A DNA stretch of 63,209 nucleotides, filler included, from Octopus bimaculoides (GCF_001194135.2; 11 parts of 11 records of this genome joined end to end with filler, not necessarily neighbours in it); one strand, 5' to 3'; counted from the first letter of the whole stretch, positions 1 to 11,729 are shown. A program made the numbers and translations. Notes: a model not told the origin generated them from the sequence alone.

Positions 1-1079
1 ATATATATATGGATAATAATAAATGGAGCAAAACGCATGTCGATGAAAGTGTGTGCGGGTATGTGTGCATGGGTGCTCGCATATGTGTATGTGCAAGTGC
101 GTACACGCACACGTTTGAACATAAGTGTGTGCGCGCTGGCACACACATATGTAAACATTCACTTGACTTATCTTCCCATTCTCAAATAAATCTTCGGCCT
201 CAACCTTTAGCATTACGTCAATAACACCTTCCCTTTATATTTCTATGTAAACTAGCGTTCTTATTACTAAAGCCCATGGAATAATATCGTTGACCCCTTT
301 ACATCCCTACGTAAACAAACCTTCTAACGCTCACTGACCATGTAACATCACGGCTCGTAAGTTACCCCATGATTTCGTTTTTGTCTTGCTGTTACATGTT
401 TTATTATGATCTCCCTGAAGAGAAATGAATGAGGACCCCAACAACTCTTTCTTCTTTGTGAAAGTACGATCATTTATTTCGAAACATATATGTAGGAATT
501 AAAGGAACTTTCATCGACATGCGTTTTGCTCCATTTATTATTATCCATATCCTCTCAAAATGTATCACTTTAAATCGGTATATCAACCTGTAAATCGGCT
601 GGGATATCTTGTTTTTTAGTGTAATTTTGCTACCTCTGGTAACTATTAACGTATTCAAATTATCGAAAGTTTTAATAACTGAGATAATATTAATATATAC
701 NNNNNNNNNNNNNNNNNNNNNNNNNNNNNNNNNNNNNNNNNNNNNNNNNNNNNNNNNNNNNNNNNNNNNNNNNNNNNNNNNNNNNNNNNNNNNNNNNNNN
801 NNNNNNNNNNNNNNNNNNNNNNNNNNNNNNNNNNNNNNNNNNNNNNNNNNNNNNNNNNNNNNNNNNNNNNNNNNNNNNNNNNNNNNNNNNNNNNNNNNNN
901 NNNNNNNNNNNNNNNNNNNNNNNNNNNNNNNNNNNNAGTTTTATTTTCATTGCTGTTGGATTCCGCTTATCTGTTCACGACAGCTATTTTTTCTTTCTAT
1001 TTTCTTTTGTTCTGGGTTTTTTCTTCTTTTTCTTTTTTTGACAGTAATCACTTTCTCTACTTTCATCTTCAGGATGGAG

Positions 1080-1370
1080 CAATAGTTTCGCTGAACTTAA
1101 AGAACGCATTCAGTTAGCAGTACAGGAGATAACTTCTGAAATGCTTCAAAATATGTTTCACAATGCTAAGATTTGAAATTTTCAGGAATGCAGACGGAGC
1201 ACATGTTGGAGATTTCCAATTAAGTTTTGACGGGAGATATATAAACTTACTTGTTTTGGTATCGTAATTAAGTAATAAGCATAAAATTCTATCCTTTTTC
1301 TTTTTCTTTTTTTCTTTGTAAATTTGCCCGATTTCATTGAAATAGAGAGTTAATTCTGGGACACCTTGTA
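1080..1370 (+). mobile_element. 3' end of Tc1/mariner (maT/rosa-like) DNA transposon with right TIR
   Basis: Translates as SFAELKERIQLAVQEITSEMLQNMF...RNADGAHV, resembling the C-terminus of maT/rosa-type transposases; ends in GGGACACCTTG followed by TA (1358-1370), the reverse complement of a TA|CAAGGTGTCCC end. Confidence 0.65.
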
Positions 1371-1671
1371 TAAATGATAAATAGGCATGGCTGGCATGGC
1401 TGGCATGGCTGGCATGCCTTAGTATTCCCGCTGTGCGCTTGCTTTATAGATCATGCGACAAACAAAAAATTAACCACTTCTCATGTTAAACATTCACCAA
1501 GGGCAATAACTCTGAATGAGTTACCTCCCATGCTTTATGCTTTAGGCTTTATTTACATCACTCAAAGAATTTTGTGTATGGATGTACTTCAACGTCACTT
1601 TCCTGAGAAATTTGTTGGAGGATTATAAACCTCAACTTTAGTTGATTTATCCGACCCTATAAAGATTTTTT

Positions 1672-1825
1672 GACTGTATAGTGAGAAGATTGCTTCCCAA
1701 CCACATGGTTCTGGGTTCAGTCCCACAGCATGGCACTTTGAGCAAGTGTCTTCTAATATAGCCTCGGGCCAACCAAAGCCTTGTGAGTGGATTTGACAGA
1801 CGGAAACTGAAAGAAGCCCGTCGTA
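1672..1825 (+). mobile_element. tRNA-derived SINE family A, 5' half
   Basis: Shares CCAACCACATGGTTC-GGGTTCAGTCCCAC...GCAAGTGTCTTCTA..ATAGCCTCGGGCC..CCAAAGCCTTGTGAGTGGATTTG with more than ten other copies in the window. Confidence 0.85.
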
Positions 1826-1934
1826 TGTGTGGGTGGGGTGCGCACATCCATGTGTGTGTGTATGTGCCTGTGTGCCTGTCTGTCTGTGTGNNNNNNNNNN
1901 NNNNNNNNNNNNNNNNNNNNNNNNNNNNNNNNNN

Positions 1935-1946
1935 TTAATTAATTAA
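1935..1946. other. Assembly spacer TTAATTAATTAA inside N-runs (ten occurrences)
   Basis: Also at 4017, 10205, 17096, 28891, 30912, 36164, 41100, 51019 and 59592, always centred in a short N-run; gives stop codons in all six frames. Confidence 0.95.
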
Positions 1947-1991
1947 NNNNNNNNNNNNNNNNNNNNNNNNNNNNNNNNNNNNNNNNNNNNT

Positions 1992-2025
1992 TACTCTGAG
2001 TTTCACGTTCCCGTTCATCGGACAG
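1992..2025 (-). ncRNA. Minimal type I hammerhead ribozyme motif (Penelope pLTR type), cut off by a gap
   Basis: Minus strand reads CTGT CCGATGA ACG-GGAA-CGT GAAA CTCAGAGT A a. Stem II is ACG/CGT, stem III is ACTC/GAGT, triplet is GUA, core has U4C. The 3' strand of stem I is lost in the N-run. Confidence 0.6.
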
Positions 2026-2181
2026 TTTTGTTATAAATGGAAAAGGAATAACAATGCAATTAAAAGTGATATGAAATTTAAAACACATGGATTCGTTTGA
2101 TTGGTCGTTTCAAATAATATATATGTATATATATATATGTATGTAATATAAACAATATATATATGTAATATAAATAATATA

Positions 2182-2216
<35 letters not shown>

Positions 2217-2254
2217 CAGTTGGCATCATTAGGTTTTAGCGGGTATAATAGAAT

Positions 2255-2349
2255 AGGCGCAGGAGTGGCTGTGTAGTAAGTAGCGTGTTATCAACCACAT
2301 GGTTCTGGGTTCAGTTCCACTGCGTGGCACCTTGGGCAAGTGTCTTCTA
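2255..2349 (+). mobile_element. SINE family A head, fused to a Penelope-like fragment
   Basis: AGGCGCAGGAGTGGCTGTGTAGTAAG...GGTTCAGTTCCACTGCGTGGCACCTTGGGCAAGTGTCTTCTA, then an abrupt switch to AT-rich coding-like sequence. Confidence 0.9.
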
Positions 2350-3385
2350 TAATAATATATAATAATAATATTATTTTCTTCAATAATTCTAAATATAATC
2401 ATAATATAAAAGATGATAATGTAAATGATTCCTATATTTTTTATAATAATAAACCAAACATTAAGAATTATGATAATTTTTGTTTAGGCAATTCTAGTAT
2501 TAATAATAAGTATTATGATAATACAAAACAAAACCATAATAATAGACTATGATAATAATAGATTAATAAATAAGATTAAATTTAATTCCTTTAATGATAA
2601 TAATAAATTTAATAATATAAAAAATAAATATAATAATATAAATAACAAGAACAAAATTTGGTTAATTATTCCTTATGGAGTTCAAGTTAAAACAAACATT
2701 ATTAAAGAGATTTTAAATATAACTGAAGTATTCATTAGAGATAATAAAAAAATATAATAACATTTTTTCTGGTAATAATGTTGGAGTTGGTTATTGTACT
2801 ACTGATAATGTTGGTAATATTATTTCTTCTTTTAATAAATTTAAGCTGAATAAGTTTTAAGAAAACAAATCTAATAATTATTCCAATAATAATAATGATA
2901 ATGGTAATGATAATAATATAAACCAGAATATAATTAATTGTACATGTAGAGATAAAACTAAACGTAAATTTAATAATAAATGTAATTTGGAGGATGTAGT
3001 ATATGTGTAGTGACTTTGATTGATGATAATAATAGGAATGGTTATAATTTAAATACTATTTACATAGGCTCGACTTCTAATAACATTAAATTACGGGTGG
3101 CTCAACACATGAATTCATTTAAGAATAGAAGTTTAATTAATTCTACTGGCCTTAGTAAATATATATGGCAACTAAAATCTAAAAATATTAAGTACAATTT
3201 AAATTGGGAGAGAGTTTGTAAGGCAAAATTTTATCGAATAAGTAGTAATATTTTTTTATTATGTACTAATGAATTTAAGGAAATATTATTAACTAATAAT
3301 AAAAAATTGATTAATTCGCTAGATGAACGTAAAATTAAATGTAGACATAAGTTAAATTACTTATATAATAAGTTTACCTAATTTG
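2350..3385 (+). mobile_element. Penelope-like retroelement (Naiad-like) 3' fragment: linker, Cys motif and GIY-YIG endonuclease, frameshifted
   Basis: KIWLIIPY..VKTNI..YNNIFSGNNVGVGY, then CTCRDK..KC..DVVY, then TIYIGSTSNNIKLRVAQHMNSF..STGLSKYIWQLK..YNLNW..AK.Y..LLC..E..LIN..KCRH. This is the motif order of the C-terminal half of Naiad-type PLE proteins. Confidence 0.85.
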
Positions 3386-4939
3386 TGTATATATATAAAC
3401 CCTATTGTATAATACTAATTGTTGTAGATATAATTTGTAGTAGTTAAATGTTTATATTAGCACGAGATTATATTGGGTATATTACATATTTAGAATAAGA
3501 TTAAACTAAGAAGTTTTTTTAATAAATCAATAAATAGATTAATTATAGAAATTTAGCTTAACTTATGTATATACGTATTTAAGTTTTGGATTATTTAGAC
3601 TTTATAATTTTCCAGTAAATGATGTACTACAGTTAATTTTTCTTATTCTCACAGCTAAAATACATTTTGTCATTTAACCAGTTTAAATGCATATTCTATC
3701 TATTTATTATATCATTTTTATACTTATGCCATATTTTTACGCGATATATTTCTTATAAACGCTAAGTTCTTCGTATTACGTTTGAAATTTTAGTTTAACA
3801 GAAATTCCCCGATAAGATAAGTCATGTTTTTATTTTAAGTAATGTTGTTAAATTTTTCCATTATTTATTGTTAAAACAAGTATTCTCTATTTATTTGATA
3901 TTTTATTATAAGATTATATACTTACATTGATTTTATTATTATTATTTTTATTATTCTTATGATTTATTTTAGNNNNNNNNNNNNNNNNNNNNNNNNNNNN
4001 NNNNNNNNNNNNNNNNTTAATTAATTAANNNNNNNNNNNNNNNNNNNNNNNNNNNNNNNNNNNNNNNNNNNNGTGTGATATTATCAAATTATTGTTCGTG
4101 AAGGTGTCGGCGGACATTTTGTTCGCGTTAGCAGACGATCATTTTGGTTGAGATTTCTACTTCGTATTTTCATTTCATTCGTTTGTTTGTTTAATGTTAT
4201 TTTTGTTATTTAAACATTTTGTTTCTTTACTTATTTGTTATGCTATCCTTGTTGGGATTTTATTTTGTTTCTTATGCATTCTTTTAACGTTTTCTAATTT
4301 CTGTTTTTTTTTTCCTCTTTTTGTGTGTGTTTTGGCTTCTTCGTATGTTTAATCACTGACCGTTTAAAATAGAAAACAGCAAACGTTACAAACAAGTTTC
4401 TTCTTTTACAGAAAGTTTGCTATTAAAATCTCATTACGTGTGTGTGCTCTTGCGTGTGTATAAAAAAGATACACACACACACACACACAAACACGTATAT
4501 ATATATAAATATAAATATATATATGTTTACACATACACACACATGTATACATATATGTCTTTACAAATATATGTATACCTATATGTATAGAGAAATATAC
4601 ATACTGTACATATATGTATGCATATATATTGTTTTGTATGTTTATATATATATATACATATATAATTTATATATATGTGTGTGTGCGCGTGCGTGCGTGT
4701 GTGTGCGCGTGCGTGCGTGTGTGTGTATAATATATATTATGTGTATGTATGAATATATATATCTATATAGTAATATATATATTATGTGCATATATCGCAG
4801 GGTGCGCGCATATGTTGATACTTTTTATATTGCTATTTAAGTATCATAACAAACACACATATATATATATTTATATATCCATACATATGCATACACACAC
4901 ATATATATATATATGTATATATACATATATATGTAAGTA

Positions 4940-5030
<91 letters not shown>
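4940..5030. repeat. (AT)n microsatellite within a larger AT/AC/GT low-complexity tract (about 4440-5080)
   Basis: Directly visible; produces the spurious YIYI ORFs. Confidence 0.95.
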
Positions 5031-5034
<4 letters not shown>

Positions 5035-6074
5035 TTATGTATATGTGTGTATGTATATATATACACGAACAAATATACACATACTTATTATTTTTCGCTA
5101 CAACATGTTGTCCACCGCAATGTAAAAACAGCTCCACCAATAACATTACGAAACAAAGTCGAAAATAGTCAAAAATAGCAAAAATATCGAAATTAACCCG
5201 AAATAACCAAGAATGTGTAAGAAGACGAAATAACTGACAAATATCGGAAGGCAGCAATCAAAATAAAAATAACAATCAGTAAATAAAAGAAAAACAAATA
5301 GTAACGGTAAAAAGAAAATTTAAAAAATACCAACATTTCAAGAACTAAATATATATACATTTATATGTATACACATCTATGTAATTACATGCATATATTT
5401 ATATACGAACACATCCATTAATACATAGCTACATAGATATAGACACAAACATGTAAGGGTATATANNNNNNNNNNNNNNNNNNNNNNNNNNNNNNNNNNN
5501 NNNNNNNNNNNNNNNNNNNNNNNNNNNNNNNNNNNNNNNNNNNNNNNNNNNNNNNNNNNNNNNNNNNNNNNNNNNNNNNNNNNNNNNNNNNNNNNNNNNN
5601 NNNNNNNNNNNNNNNNNNNNNNNNNNNNNNNNNNNNNNNNNNNNNNNNNNNNNNNNNNNNNNNNNNNNNNNNNNNNNNNNNNNNNNNNNNNNNNNNNNNN
5701 NNNNNNNNNNNNNNNNNNNNNNNNNNNNNNNNNNNNNNNNNNNNNNNNNNNNNNNNNNNNNNNNNNNNNNNNNNNNNNNNNNNNNNNNNNNNNNNNNNNN
5801 NNNNNNNNNNNNNNNNNNNNNNNNNNNNNNNNNNNNNNNNNNNNNNNNNNNNNNNNNNNNNNNNNNNNNNNNNNNNNNNNNNNNNNNNNNNNNNNNNNNN
5901 NNNNNNNNNNNNNNNNNNNNNNNNNNNNNNNNNNNNNNNNNNNNNNNNNNNNNNNNNNNNNNNNNNNNNNNNNNNNNNNNNNNNNNNNNNNNNNNNNNNN
6001 NNNNNNNNNNNNNNNNNNNNNNNNNNNNNNNNNNNNNNNNNNNNNNNNNGAGAGAGAGGAAGAGAGAGAGAGAG

Positions 6075-6430
6075 GGTGTCCATAAATTCGTTTTACACTT
6101 TGAAATATTTATTACAAAGGCAATTGATAAGATGTCTTAATCAAACTTGTTGTATTGTACTCAGTGGTTTTCAAAGTTTTTAATCACATTGCATTTTTGT
6201 GTTCCAGGCATCCTGCAGATTAAAGAGGCACTTTTTGAATGAACCTCTAAGAAATGTTTAATCTTCAATAGAAGGCATAATGTGTATCATTGTTTATTGA
6301 AACAAAATCGGATACGCAGACTCAACGAAACTCCAGAAAAAAGTATGGAAGAGATCCACTATCACGTTCATTAATTCGTGCATGGCACAAGACATTTATG
6401 GAGGCAAGGACAGTGTTTGATAGGAAGGTG
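6075..6430 (+). mobile_element. 5' fragment of Tc1/mariner (maT/rosa-like) transposon, N-terminal HTH region
   Basis: Starts GGGTGTCCATAAA (TIR-like); translates ETKSDTQTQRN(F)RKKYGRDPLSRSLIRAWHKTFMEARTVFDR, typical of DUF4817-type HTH domains of these transposases. Confidence 0.7.
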
Positions 6431-6524
6431 GCCCCAAAGTGCATAGGAAGGTAGTCCCAAAGTGAAATGCAGAATTATGTCGGCTGAGCATGAGAATTAA
6501 ATATTGATTGCGTCGCTGAAAAAA

Positions 6525-6959
6525 CAGGTGGTATGGGTTATTTCCCTTGGGTGGTTTAAATAAAATACTAGTAATATGTAGGAGATAGGAGGATCCATTG
6601 GATGCACCCTATTATTGATTTTTTTTCAACAATCTATGTCATGAGGTTTCCAGACATGAGTTCTACTCACGTGTCAAATAAAGTAAAAATGTGATATAGT
6701 CAGCAAAAATTAGAAATTGGACACACAAAGATCAATATTCAAAGTAATCGAACATAAACAATGAAATGGGTTATTTCTCTTGAGTGTTTAAAGAAAAATA
6801 TTGTGCAGGTAGTATGGGTTATTTCCCTTGAGTGTTTAAAAAAATTAGTTATATGAGGTAGATATAAAGGTCTCTTCCAGGGACAGTTTTATCGTTTTTT
6901 TTTTCAACAATCGAAGTATGTCACGAGGTTTCTAGACATAAGTTCTACTCACGTGTCAA
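6525..6959. repeat. Diverged direct repeat of about 150 bp (6525-6677 and 6806-6959)
   Basis: Both copies run CAGGT.GTATGGGTTATTTCCCTTG...TTTTCAACAATC...TATGTCA.GAGGTTTC.AGACAT.AGTTCTACTCACGTGTCAA. Confidence 0.85.
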
Positions 6960-7690
6960 GTTTCCTCAAAATCAATAAAACGATGTAGGAGGAGTTAGCT
7001 AACAACGCCACAGACACCGATTTTCCACATATATATANNNNNNNNNNNNNNNNNNNNNNNNNNNNNNNNNNNNNNNNNNNNNNNNNNNNNNNNNNNNNNN
7101 NNNNNNNNNNNNNNNNNNNNNNNNNNNNNNNNNNNNNNNNNNNNNNNNNNNNNNNNNNNNNNNNNNNNNNNNNNNNNNNNNNNNNNNNNNNNNNNNNNNN
7201 NNNNNNNNNNNNNNNNNNNNNNNNNNNNNNNNNNNNNNNNNNNNNNNNNNNNNNNNNNNNNNNNNNNNNNNNNNNNNNNNNNNNNNNNNNNNNNNNNNNN
7301 NNNNNNNNNNNNNNNNNNNNNNNNNNNNNNNNNNNNNNNNNNNNNNNNNNNNNNNNNNNNNNNNNNNNNNNNNNNNNNNNNNNNNNNNNNNNNNNNNNNN
7401 NNNNNNNNNNNNNNNNNNNNNNNNNNNNNNNNNNNNNNNNNNNNNNNNNNNNNNNNNNNNNNNNNNNNNNNNNNNNNNNNNNNNNNNNNNNNNNNNNNNN
7501 NNNNNNNNNNNNNNNNNNNNNNNNNNNNNNNNNNNNNNNNNNNNNNNNNNNNNNNNNNNNNNNNNNNNNNNNNNNNNNNNNNNNNNNNNNNNNNNNNNNN
7601 NNNNNNNNNNNNNNNNNNNNNNNNNNNNNNNNNNNNNNNNNNNNNNNNNNNNNNNNNNNNNNNNNNNNNNNNNNNNNNNNNNNNNNNNNN

Positions 7691-7789
7691 CACCATCATC
7701 ATTATCCTCATCATCATCATCGCATTCCTCGTCATCACCATCATCATCGACTTCAATATCTACTTCAGCATCATCATCAACAGCATCAG

Positions 7790-7842
<53 letters not shown>

Positions 7843-8180
7843 CCACCATCATCATCATCACCATCATCGTCTTCAATATCTACTTCAACATCATCATCAG
7901 CATCATCATCATCGTCGTCGTCGTCATCATCATCATCATCATCACCATCATCATTATCCTCATCATCATCATCGCATTCCTCGTCATCACCATCATCATC
8001 GACTTCAATATCTACTTCAGCATCATCATCAACAGCATCAGCATCATCATCATCATCATCATCATCATCAACTTCAGCTTCAACATCTACGTCATCATCT
8101 TCAACTTCTACTTTATCATTATCATCACCATCATCATTATCACCATCATCAACATCGTCATCGTCATCATCGTCATGATC
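7691..8180. repeat. Compound (CAT)n microsatellite with an internal duplication
   Basis: CAT/CAC/CGT triplets; the block CATTATCCTCATC...GCATTCCTCGTC...GACTTCAATATCTACTTCAGCATC occurs twice. Confidence 0.9.
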
Positions 8181-8237
8181 CCTGAACCATGTGGTTGGGA
8201 AGCAAGCTTCTTACCACACAGCCACTCATGCTCCTAT
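8180..8237 (-). mobile_element. SINE family A head fragment
   Basis: Reverse complement of GGAGCATGAGTGGCTGTGTGGTAAGAAGCTTGCTTCCCAACCACATGGTTCAGG. Confidence 0.85.
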
Positions 8238-8439
8238 GTATGTATGTATGTATGTGTGTGTGTATGTGTGTATGTATTTATGTATGTATTATTGAGAGGT
8301 AACTGTTTTCACTAATTTCACAAACTGCGTTTTTTTAAATGTGACTAACTTTCTAGAATTTTCCAGCTGATGCCGAATTTCTTCTTTCAGTGTCTTTAAA
8401 AAAAGTACTGTGATTCTAGCTGCATTCTCTAAATTATAT

Positions 8440-9280
8440 TTCCGCAACCCGACACCCGACAGGTTTATTAAAGGTCTCCACCTTTGTTACTTGGAGTTGA
8501 TCTCTGCCCCGTAAATAATAGCTCCGGTTTTGTAAGACTAATTGATAGCGTATAGCTTTGTTTTCAAAAATGTTATGTACCCCTGTTAATTTTCTTGTAA
8601 TTATAAGTTTTTTCATTTGATGCACAACTGTAACTAGATTCAATTTTTTATTAAAGAATTTCCTACATTGATTATTGATCCGAAAACCATTATTAATAAG
8701 GCCTAATAAGTATAGTATTAGTAGGTTTGTTTTTTTTTTGTTAATTAAATTTACCGCCCACCATTTTGACCTCACATTTACTTCGTAGTCTCTCGATTTT
8801 GTTCCTAGTAGATTGACTCCGCCTCGTATATCATTGCCTCAGCTTGGGAGGACTGACTCTTAGACATAACTACGAACAATTTACTTATGTTGGTTTGATG
8901 GTATTTCTTGTAATTCTTATTTACCCATTTAATGCATAACTTAGTTTCAAATTATTTTTATCAAGTGATTTTCTATATTGATAGTTGATCATGAAATTAT
9001 TATCAATGAGGCCTAATGAATATTTAGTTCTGGAATATCTGACCAAAAGGGGGTTGAATCGAATAATTTCTACATTTCATTCTCTTGGAAGTAGGGAATT
9101 TGGAGTGAAAAGAATCTTATCTTTATGTCGCCTTTCTGTTATTGCAATTCATAAATTTAAGTTAACCGCCCACCGCTCTGACAGGTTTCCTTGCCCACGC
9201 TACGCTTTGTTAGGTGGAGTCGATTGCAGCATCGTAAATAATTGCCTCAGCTTTTCAAGACTAAAAACGACTCTATACAT
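8440..9280. repeat. Three diverged copies of a ~115-bp module (8440-8555, 8751-8867, 9162-9280)
   Basis: Shared blocks ACCGCCCACC, GACAGGTTT, CTTTGTTA..TGGAGT.GAT, CGTAAATAAT.GC, ATTGCCTCAGCTT, AAGACTAA and GACTCT, in the same order. Confidence 0.7.
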
Positions 9281-9429
9281 TCAAAATTATATCTGTCCTC
9301 CTATTTCATAATTCCAAATTTATCTGTTTTGTACATGTTAATTTGTCAACATTGAAACATTTTCATTTGTCAACATTGAAACTTTTAAAGATGTTTTTTC
9401 TAATTCATAATTTTAAACTTTTACCATCG

Positions 9430-9610
9430 AAGACTGAACCTGGAACCATGTTGCTGGGAAGCAACATATGACAGGCTTCCACACAGTTTCCGTCTACCAA
9501 ATTCTCTCACAAAGCGTTTAGCTGGCTCAGAGGCTGTAATAGAAGACACTTAACCGAGTGGTCATGCAGTGAGATTGAACCTGAACCAGAAGCCTCGTGG
9601 TTGCAAATGA
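9430..9610 (-). mobile_element. SINE family A, degenerate and rearranged
   Basis: GTTTCCGTCTACCAAATTC.CTCACAAAGC and TAGAAGACACTT are reverse complements of family A segments. Confidence 0.75.
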
Positions 9611-9925
9611 ACTGGTATTTGTGTGATTGTGTGCGGATCTAAGCGTGTAACTGCGCAGTCTATCTTCTGCCACCACCACCACCACCACCACCATCAACAA
9701 CAACAAGAACAGCCACAAAAACACAATTTCTTAAGAGAAGAAAGTAAAAGAAATACACTTTAAATTTTGGCAAACCGTGAAAAAGCGTGAATTAGATTGC
9801 CAGCCATCTATTCATTGAAATAGTTCTCTTCCTCTTTATTTTTCTCGATTTTTCTCTGTCTATCTCTGTCTATCTATTTATTTATCTATCAGTCTAGCAT
9901 TTTGCTCTCTCTCATTCACGCTCTA

Positions 9926-9972
<47 letters not shown>

Positions 9973-10699
9973 GTGTCTCTCTGTCTCTCTCTCTCTGTAT
10001 GCCTGTCTTTTTGTGTACGCATAAAAGCACACATTTTCACACACTTCTATGTATGTAAATGTGTGTGTGCGTGTATGTGCGTGTATGTATATTTATATAT
10101 AAACATAAACATGTATGTACACATATATACATATATTTGTGTATGTATATATATATATATNNNNNNNNNNNNNNNNNNNNNNNNNNNNNNNNNNNNNNNN
10201 NNNNTTAATTAATTAANNNNNNNNNNNNNNNNNNNNNNNNNNNNNNNNNNNNNNNNNNNNTGTGTGTGTGGGTGGGTGTGGGTGTGTGTATGTGTGTGTG
10301 TGTGTGTGTGTGTAAATAAAACAAAAAGATCCGGCCTACGTGATTTTACACACCGGAACAAGCAATCATTGTGCCATTATTTCGTTTGATGTAAAATCTT
10401 TCATTGATGGCTGAAATACCCAAGCACTGGAGACAGCAAAGTGGTCTGAGTTCGAGAATGGGATTGGCTTAGTTGAAAAACATTTACTTTGCATCGATGA
10501 GTCAAAGAAATTAAGAGAGAGAGAGAGAGAGAGGCAAGACATACTACATGACATACTACTGAATAATATAGTCCTAAATACACCTACTCCAAACACCACC
10601 ACTGCCATCACCATCGCCACCACCAAATAAAAGGAGGGATGGTTAGGATTTGAATGCGTCTGGTTGATCGTATTCTTTTATTTGTTTACTTGCTAAGTT

Positions 10700-10891
10700 A
10701 CAGGGACGTAAACATACCAACACCGGTTGTCAAACAGCAAAGGTGGTTAGTTTCCGTCTACCAAATCCACACACAGGCTTTCGCCAGCCCGAAGTTATAT
10801 TAGAAGACATTTGCCCAAGGTGTCATGCAATAAGACTGAACCCGGAACCATGTGGTTGAGAAGCAAACTGCTTACCTCTCAGCCACGCCTG
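10700..10891 (-). mobile_element. SINE family A with internal deletion
   Basis: GTTTCCGTCTACCAAATCCAC...TAGAAGACATTTGCCCAAGGTG...GACTGAACCCGGAACCATGTGGTTG...CAGCCACGCCT. Confidence 0.85.
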
Positions 10892-11409
10892 TCTTTCTTT
10901 ATTGGCAAGAAATTTTGAAATAAAATTGTTAAAAAAAAATCGATAAAGCTGAAGCAGTTACTTTCTGAATTCTCAAACAGGAACTGAAACTGTGGCCTAA
11001 ATATTTCTGATAGCTTCTTTGTCTTATTCTATCGAAATGCACTCGGAGATTTACGAGGGCCGACTGTCATACTTCATTCAACACAGATAAGCCTATTCCA
11101 TTTCCTTAATACATGAGGTGAAATTTAGTTCAACGCAGATAAATCCATTCACTTTCTACTACAGATCTTCTCTCCGCTTTCGAACTCTTTCCGAGTATAT
11201 TTAGACAGTTTTTTTTTTCATTCTTTGGCGTTGCAAGTCTATCTCTTTCTAACATCTACATCTGATACAAACATTACTTTAACAGTTACGCGAATCTTAT
11301 CGTTATTCTCATACTCTTACCGGTGTATAACAGCCAACTGCTACATACTCTGTACACTGTTCATAACGAGATGATTTGAGGGTTTTTTTGTTTGTTTTTC
11401 TTTTCTACT

Positions 11410-11610
11410 GTAGGCAGAAGGCCTGAAAATTGGAGGAAGAGGATAGTCGATTACATCGACCCTAGTACGTAACTGGTACTTATTTCATCGACTCCGAAAA
11501 GATGAAAGGCGAAGTCGACCTCGACGGAATTTGAACTTAGAACGTAGCGGCAGACGAAATATCGCTAAGCATTTCACCCAGCGTGCTAACGATTCTGCCA
11601 GCTCGGCTCC
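11410..11610 (-). mobile_element. tRNA-derived SINE family B
   Basis: GTCGATTACATCGACC..AGTACG.AACTGGTACTTATTT.ATCGAC.CCGAAA.GATGAAAGGC.AAGTCGACCTCG.CGGAATTTGAAC; B-box-like GTTC..A on the minus strand. The central domain recalls the Meta/MESC SINE domain (from memory). Confidence 0.9.
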
Positions 11611-11729
11611 TTTAAGGAGACGACTTGTGACTGATAAATAAACTCTGTAAAAAAAATACAAAGCTGCTTTTTCCTTCTGTTTGTTTATATTGGTGCATAT
11701 CTTACTGTCCCGTGAATTTTTCACTAACT

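Noticed and set aside
406-473. Hammerhead-like CTGAAGA...GAAAGTAC with ATGATC/GATCAT
   Set aside because: Stem II is poor, stem III lacks its C, and three bases are unpaired before the core; at best a very old relic.
2940-3381. Selenocysteine recoding, known in some Naiad elements
   Set aside because: No in-frame TGA at conserved Cys positions here; the TGA in the 36.6 kb remnant replaces the Gly of YIG, so it is ordinary decay.
4442-5257. ORFs rich in YI, HT or CV here and throughout the window, and long X-filled ORFs
   Set aside because: Translations of dinucleotide microsatellites or N gaps.
9162-9200. Minus-strand peptide ending VRAVGG-stop, like a ubiquitin-fold C-terminus
   Set aside because: Upstream frame has stops and the other two module copies do not keep the GG-stop.
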